The notes beneath the pieces were generated by a model. The model searched no databases, was not told where the DNA came from, and saw nothing but the letters and a program-made list of their open reading frames with translations. From Octopus vulgaris (Eukaryota): a stretch of 64,000 nt of DNA. The translations under genes and the position numbers were made by a program. Location of the stretch: the NCBI GenBank assembly GCA_951406725.2, contig OX597835.1, positions 27,094,001-27,158,000 of the forward strand, in the 5' to 3' direction. This document shows, one piece after another, positions 56,598 through 64,000 of the stretch. Position 1 is the first letter of the stretch, and the number at the start of each line of letters is the position of its first letter.

Positions 56598-56904
56598 TCA
56601 TACATACATACATACATACATACATACATACATACATACATCGTAGAACGACTATTATATCAAACTATTTAAGCATTTATTTCCCAAATATTCGAAGTTC
56701 AACGGTTGAGTTCTTGAAATAGCAAATCTCAATTGATAAGATGCAGAAAAAAATCTTCCTCTCTTGTCCCCTCGTTCTGCTTCAGATCAGCTCTGGTCTA
56801 CTATCTGAGCAGATTTTATAATCAAAAATTGTTCCTTCATCTCACATTTGAAGAACTACGTTATCCAATATGTAGTTTGTGGGGTAGAGTAGAGGGCCCC
56901 ACTG

Positions 56905-57362
56905 GGGATTCGCGGTCGTAGGATCTCGATTTCGATTCTCAGACCGGGCATTGTGACGGTATATTGAGCGAAAACACCTAATTCTCCACGAGGCTCCGGC
57001 AAGGGGTGGTGGTGATCCCTGCTGCACTCTTTCGCCACAAATTTCTCTCACTCTTTCTTCCTGTTTCTGCTGTACCTGTATTTCAAAGGGCCAACCTTGT
57101 CACATTCTGTGTCACGCTGAATCTCCCACGAGAACTACGTTAAGGGTACACGTGTCTGTGGAGTGCTCAGCCACTTGCACGTTAATAAAAGAGCTGCGAC
57201 ATCACTGGTGTCAAGCTGTATCGGCCTTTGCCTTTCCCTTGGATAACATCGGTGGCGTGGAGAGGCTGGTATGCGTGGGCGACTGCTGGTCTTCCATAAA
57301 CAACCTTGCCCAGACCTGTGCCTCGGAGGGTAACTTTCTAGGTGCAATCCTATGGTCATTCA
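56905..57362 (+). mobile_element. Chimeric SINE: type C body joined to type B 3' half
   Basis: Matches 25760-26035 (reverse) up to ~57186, then matches 8683-8810 and 52980-53150. Confidence 0.85.
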
Positions 57363-58171
57363 ACAACAAATTTGTGGGATGTTTGGCTACAACTTCTAGC
57401 AGATCTACTGACCGCATTTAGGATCCCTCATTGACTTGGCTGGGAAGAGCAATTTCTTGGCGTGTCAAGACAGCAATCTGGGTTTCCATTCACGGTTGAT
57501 TTGACTTCAACTGAGCAAATGACGCTGTTTGGAAGAAATACACCCGTTTTAACTTCCCATTTCAATTTTTCACCGAAAATATACACTTAATACCCTAATT
57601 TAATACCGGAAGTTAATACCCCAATAGGGTGTTAACTTCCGTTGACTTTTCCCATTGCAACGAAGTTTTTGGAGCCTGACAAATTGGTTTAAAGAGATCC
57701 GATTTACTTCAAGTTCTTCTCACCCTTCATTCTCTCGCTCATTCGCTCGCTCGCTCCCTCCCTCTCTCTGTCCCCTTATCTCTCTTCCCCCCTCTACATT
57801 TTTATTGCTTTCTCTATCTTCTCCCTATTTTCCCTCTCCGTCTTTCCTTGTCTCTCTAGTTATCCGTCTATTTGCCTATCTATCCATCTTTTCTGTCTTC
57901 CTGTATAATTGTTTCTCTCTCTCTCTCTCACTCTCTCTCTCACTCTCTCTCTCACTCTCGCTCTCACTCACTCACTCACACACACACTCTCTCTCTCTCT
58001 CTCACTCTCTCTCTCACTCACTCACTCACTCACACACACACTCTCTCTCTCTCTCTCTCTCTATTTATCTATCTATCTCCCTCTCTTCCTCTCTTTATAT
58101 ATTTCTTTCTCTGTCTATCTATCTATCTATTTATCTATCTCCCTCTCTTCCTCTCTTTATGTATCTCTTTC

Positions 58172-58256
<85 letters not shown>

Positions 58257-58516
58257 GTCTCTCGCTCTTTGTCTATCTGTCTATCTCCTGCAAATGAACA
58301 TGCTTCTTTACCTCTGTGAAACACTTTCCCTCACTTTCTCTCACCCACTTCCTTTCCTTCGCCCTCTTCCCTTCACACAACCTCTCTCTTCTTCCCTCTC
58401 TCTCCCTCCCTCTCTCTCTCGTTCCCTTACACTTCAATATCTAAATTTTTTCCAATTATTAGAATATTAAATTACTGTCGTCCATGTATTTCTTTCAAAC
58501 TCATACACACACACAA

Positions 58517-58567
<51 letters not shown>

Positions 58568-58724
58568 GATGTGTTTTCTTCCTCTGTCTCTGTCTCTCTC
58601 GTTCTACGTCTCCCTCTCCTTTCTCTCTCTCCCCACACTCTGACCCCCCCTCTCTTTATCTTTTTCTTTCATTTTCGCATATACTCTCAAATATATTGTC
58701 AAATTCCTTATTTATTTGAAGTAT

Positions 58725-58930
58725 TGCTCGCAGAATCGTCAGACCATCTGACAAAAAATGGATAAGCGGCATTTCTTCCGACTTTACGTTCTCGCTGTGG
58801 TCATCTTTGCCTTTCATCCTTTCGGGGTCGATAAAATAAGTACCAACTGAGTAATGTGGGGTTCGATGTACTTGACTAAAAAAAACCGTCAAGGCGCTGC
58901 TCCAGCGTGGCCGCAGTTCAGTGACCGACA
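58725..58930 (+). mobile_element. SINE type M body with type A-like tail
   Basis: TTTGCCTTTCATCCTTTCGGGGTCGATAAAATAAGTACC followed by AAGGCGCTGCTCCAGCGTGGCCGCAGT. Confidence 0.7.
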
Positions 58931-59172
58931 TGAGTCACTGGACTGCGGCCTTTGTTTTATTAGCCAATGAAATGGGATGATCACAGTAAAATATGGAAAC
59001 TAGATGGAACCGGAGAAATTCTATCTGACGCATAAATTTATCGATCTTCATAAAACTGATTCATTATGCCAAAGATATGGATTATATCTTCGATTTTGTT
59101 CCATAGTTAAATTTATTTAAGGCATAACAGTCGAACACATGCGGTGACAAGGAGAGTAATATTATAAATATA

Positions 59173-59531
59173 CAGGCGCAGGAGTGGCTGTGTGGTAAGA
59201 AGCTTGCTTCCCAACCACATGGTTCCGGGTTCAGACCAACTCCGTGGCAGCTTGAGCAAATGCCTTCTACTCTACCCTCGGGCTAACTAAAGCTTCCGTG
59301 AGTGGACTTGGTAGACGGAAACTGAATCAAGTCTGTCGTATGTATGTATGCATGTATGTATGTATGCATGCATGTATGTATGTATGTATGTATGTATGTA
59401 TGTATGTATGTATGTATGTATGTATGTGTGTATGTATGTATGCATGTATGTATGTATGTGTGTATGTATTTATGTATATGTGTGTTTATGTATGTATGTA
59501 TGTTTGTATGAGTGTGTGTATGTATGAATGA

Positions 59532-59564
<33 letters not shown>

Positions 59565-59972
59565 TGTATGTATGTATGTATGTATGTGTGTGTGTGTGTG
59601 TGCGTCTGTGAGTGTGTATGCGTCCCATTACTGCTTGACAACTGGCGTTAGTGTGCTTACTTCCCCGTAACTTAGCGGTTCGGCATGAGAAAACGATAGA
59701 ATAAGTACTAGGCTGAAAAAAAGTACTGGAGTCGATTCATTCGACTACAAATTCTTCAAGGTGATGCCCCAGTATGGTCGCAGTTTGTTGACTGAAACAA
59801 GTATAAAGATGGAAAAGAAAGATATATATACATGCGCAGAGCCACATGGTTCCTGGTTCAGTCCCAGTGTGTGGCACCTTGGGCAGGTATCTTTTACTAC
59901 AGCCTCGGGCCGACCAATATCTTGTGAGTGGATTTGGTAGACGGAAACTGAAAGAAGCCCGTCGTATATATG

Positions 59973-60020
<48 letters not shown>

Positions 60021-60232
60021 TGAGTGAGTGAGTGTGTGAGTATGTGTTTGTCCCCCCACCATCACTTGACAACCGATGTTAGTGTGTTCACGTCCCCGTA
60101 ACTTAGCGGTTCAGCAAAAGAACTGATAGACTAGGCTTACAAAGAATAAGTCCTGTGGTCGATTTGTTCGACTAAAGGCGGTGCTCTAGCATTTCCGCAG
60201 TCAAGTGACTAAAATTAATAAAAGAATAAAAA
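59173..60232 (+). mobile_element. Two tandem SINE type A copies (59173-59820, 59835-60232)
   Basis: The first has an expanded internal (TATG)n at about 59340-59620. Confidence 0.85.
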
Positions 60233-60234
60233 CA

Positions 60235-60318
<84 letters not shown>

Positions 60319-60327
60319 ATACACATA

Positions 60328-60381
<54 letters not shown>

Positions 60382-60642
60382 TATATATACCCCAATATAA
60401 ACATTCATAGGCATGATCACATATCTTTGTACATATGCTCATGACTATACATGTACATATACATATGTATATAAATATGCATGTATACGTATACAATTGG
60501 CGTATTCATAAATATATATATGCATACACACGCACACATACACATACGCGCGTGCACACACACATACGCATAAACTCACCCCCCACACACATACACATAC
60601 ACATATATGTGTGTATATATATGTGCGTATATATATATGGAC

Positions 60643-60695
<53 letters not shown>

Positions 60696-61099
60696 GAAAG
60701 TTGGAGAGAGATTGTGTCGATGCATTTCATGCACCACATGTCTGTGATGTACAAATACGTAGGATGCAGTAAGTGGTGAAAACCACTTCTCTTAAAAATT
60801 CTTAAAACAAGCCAAAGTGCTATCGGCGTTTTCAGAAACAATTCCAATTGAAAAACCAAAACGTATTCTAAATAGCAGAACTGTAGTATCCAAGGAAGCT
60901 AATTACAGTCTGAGTTGACACATAATCAATAGAAAAGTTCTGAAACAGTTGCGAAAATTATTTTGCCGAGAGAAAGATAAGTCTAACGTTTCGGAGTAGA
61001 ACACTTCATCAAATCGATGTAAAAGCTTTACTGATATCATTTCTTCAGCACTACAATGAAATATTTGATCTTTAATTCTAGAAAGCTGTTATTTCCTTC

Positions 61100-61600
61100 T
61101 TCCTGGCAAAATATATTTTGCCAGCTTCAGCTTCCGATGTTCAAAGGAGGAGAGGATGGTAAAATGTTAAAACTGCTATTTTCAATTCGGTTTTCATGCC
61201 CGTCTTCACGTTTGGCCATGAATGTCCGGTAATGACTGAAAGAGTACAATTGTGAATAAAATTGGCGGGAATAAGGTTCCTCCGAAGCGTCTCTGAGTAA
61301 CATAACTGGATAGTATCTTTGCTCGTAGCTCGGCTATGAGAGAATCTCTCCAGGTCGAGTTGCTTACTCTCAACATTGAGAGGTCACGGCTCTTGTACTA
61401 CAGACATGTGATTAGAATGTCGCAGAAAACAATCAAAAACGGATTCTTCAAACGGAACCAAGCGGTAGGTGACTTAGAGATAGACCAGGAACGAGATGGT
61501 TGGATAATATCGATAATATCATTTGGTCACACTTGGGGAACCGAAACGGAATATGTAATGACAGTTGCTTTTCATAGAACAAATGTGGATAAATGGTTGG
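61100..61600 (+). pseudogene. RTE-clade (Rex3/Expander-like) LINE remnant
   Basis: FNSVFMPVFTFGHECPVMTERV...RFLR...RSSAMRESLQVELLTLNIERSRLLYYRHVIRM. Confidence 0.8.
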
Positions 61601-61810
61601 ATGATTGGATAAATGGATAGGTGGATGGTTGGCTGGCTGGCTGGCTGGCTGACTGGGTGGATGGAAATGAGTGTCTGAGAGGGGATTGGGCCATCGCAAT
61701 TGAGTTTCTCCGGACTATCGGACTATCAGATTAGTGAGATTGGTGCTTCTGTTGAACTACTGCTCGTGGGCAAATGCGAAGAACAACGAGAGGGACGATA
61801 TGAAGTGGAA

Positions 61811-61856
<46 letters not shown>

Positions 61857-62211
61857 TGTGTGTGTGTGTGTGTGTGTGCGTGCGTGTGTGCGTGTGTGGG
61901 GAGTCAGAAAGAAAGCTAAGAAATAGCAAAATAACTATGGTGACCAGTATACATGAAACGTCAACTACAGACCCGCTGACTGAAAATTACACGCATACAC
62001 GCACGCATGCATACACATTTACACTTACACACATGCATACATACATATTTACACATACAACACACACACGCACATCGATACAAGCAGACACACTATTACA
62101 CAAACACAATTTTTCTATTCAATGATTAAATTTCAAGAATTATAGATTTATTACTTTCAATTATCTTTCAAGGTTTTCCCGCCTCTGCTTAGGACCCTCT
62201 CTCTTCATGTG

Positions 62212-63015
<804 letters not shown>

Positions 63016-63016
63016 T

Positions 63017-64000
63017 ATGTTTCTTTATTAGCCACACAGGGCTGCACACAGATAGAACAAATTACAAGGTAGAGCTTTTCTTTGAAGGTTTAAAAAAAAA
63101 AAAAAAAAAGGAAGGGGGAGTTTCGATCAAAAGGGATCGTAAAAGGAGAGAAAGAGGACAAAAAAAAGGGGGTTAAAAAAAAGGGGGGAGGAAAAAAAAT
63201 TGATCAATAGGGATCGTTATCACAGAAATGTCAATATGAAGTGTAAAGGGGAGGACAGGTGAGGTTTACCCGTGGAAAGAAAAGCCTACGGAAAAGACCA
63301 CGGTAACCTCGGTCAATGAAGTCACATTTTATATTTCTTTTTTTTTTTTTTTTTTTTGCAAATAAGCAACTCTCTGTTTTCGATTTCTGGGTTCATAGGA
63401 CTATGCTCAAGGTGGCTTCGTCATTCATACGTGCCATTCTTGCTACATTCACCCATCTTTTTTTTAAACATTCGCTAGACAAAACTTGCCTCTCTACTCT
63501 CACTTTCCTTTTCAAGTGGTACTTGAAGAAGTTGATGAGAGATTGACCAGAGAGGAAAGTGTTTGTCTCCAATCCTTTCAGACGCGTCCACCAGATACAT
63601 TCTTTCGCCATAGCCACAAGGATGATGAAAATAGCTCTTCCTTCCCGTTTGAAGGAAGGAGGCGTGACAATATTGACGATAGACTCAGCTGATAAACCGA
63701 CTCGTCCCACACGTGACAGCAGTTGTTCGACATAAGCCCACAGGTCGGAAATTGTTGGACACTGAACGAGTGCGTGCAGAACGGTTTCGTCGCTCTGACC
63801 GCATCTCGGGCAGGTCGGCCCCGTGTTTCTCGAGCCGTGTCTGTAGAGCTTATCCCGAACGGGTAGCGCTTCTCGGTAGCACTGCCAGGCCAGGGATCTC
63901 TGGAAGTTGTCCATGGGCCCTGGCCCGAAAGTCGTCCTGAACAGGCGGGTCAGGTACTCCTCGTCGACGTCCAGGTTCGCCCCGAGCTCGTCGTCGTACC
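63017..64000 (-). mobile_element. Tx1/L1-group LINE 3' portion, apparently young
   Basis: 3' UTR 63017-63392 ending GCCCTGTGTGGCTAATAAAGAAAC+(ATCT)n; ORF continues past the window edge. Confidence 0.85.
63393..63998 (-). CDS. Tx1-like ORF2 C-terminus (reverse-transcriptase-associated zinc-binding domain), partial
   Basis: Frame open from the window edge: YDDELGANLDVDEEYLTRLFRTTFGPGPMDNFQRSLAWQCYREALPVRDKL...CPRCGQSDETVLHALVQCP. Confidence 0.85.
   Translation of the reverse strand, partial: YDDELGANLDVDEEYLTRLFRTTFGPGPMDNFQRSLAWQCYREALPVRDKLYRHGSRNTGPTCPRCGQSDETVLHALVQCPTISDLWAYVEQLLSRVGRVGLSAESIVNIVTPPSFKREGRAIFIILVAMAKECIWWTRLKGLETNTFLSGQSLINFFKYHLKRKVRVERQVLSSECLKKRWVNVARMARMNDEATLSIVL

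Overview
AT-rich, extremely microsatellite-dense eukaryotic DNA, most likely from an octopod cephalopod. This is inferred from its repeat families and was not database-checked. Almost all ORF-track entries are simple-repeat artefacts. The window looks mostly intronic. Two short + strand segments (3597-3691 and a 30-nt microexon at 13808-13837) splice in frame into an N-terminal tail carrying acidic-dileucine and YxxPhi sorting motifs. The rest is a transposon landscape: at least four tRNA-derived SINE types with swapped modules, R4/Dong-like and Tx1-like non-LTR fragments (one Tx1-like ORF is open to the window edge), RTE remnants, a hAT/Charlie fossil, a non-autonomous Helitron, a Helentron-type HINE and MITEs. 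The main patterns are: (1) retroelement families appear partitioned among microsatellite targets, with (TAA)n for R4/Dong-like elements, (ATT)n and (ATCT)n for two Tx1-like families and TA runs for SINEs; (2) one SINE shares its 3' end with a Tx1-like LINE; (3) there are several minimal type I hammerhead ribozyme motifs; (4) there are many long fold-back structures. All family assignments are by eye.
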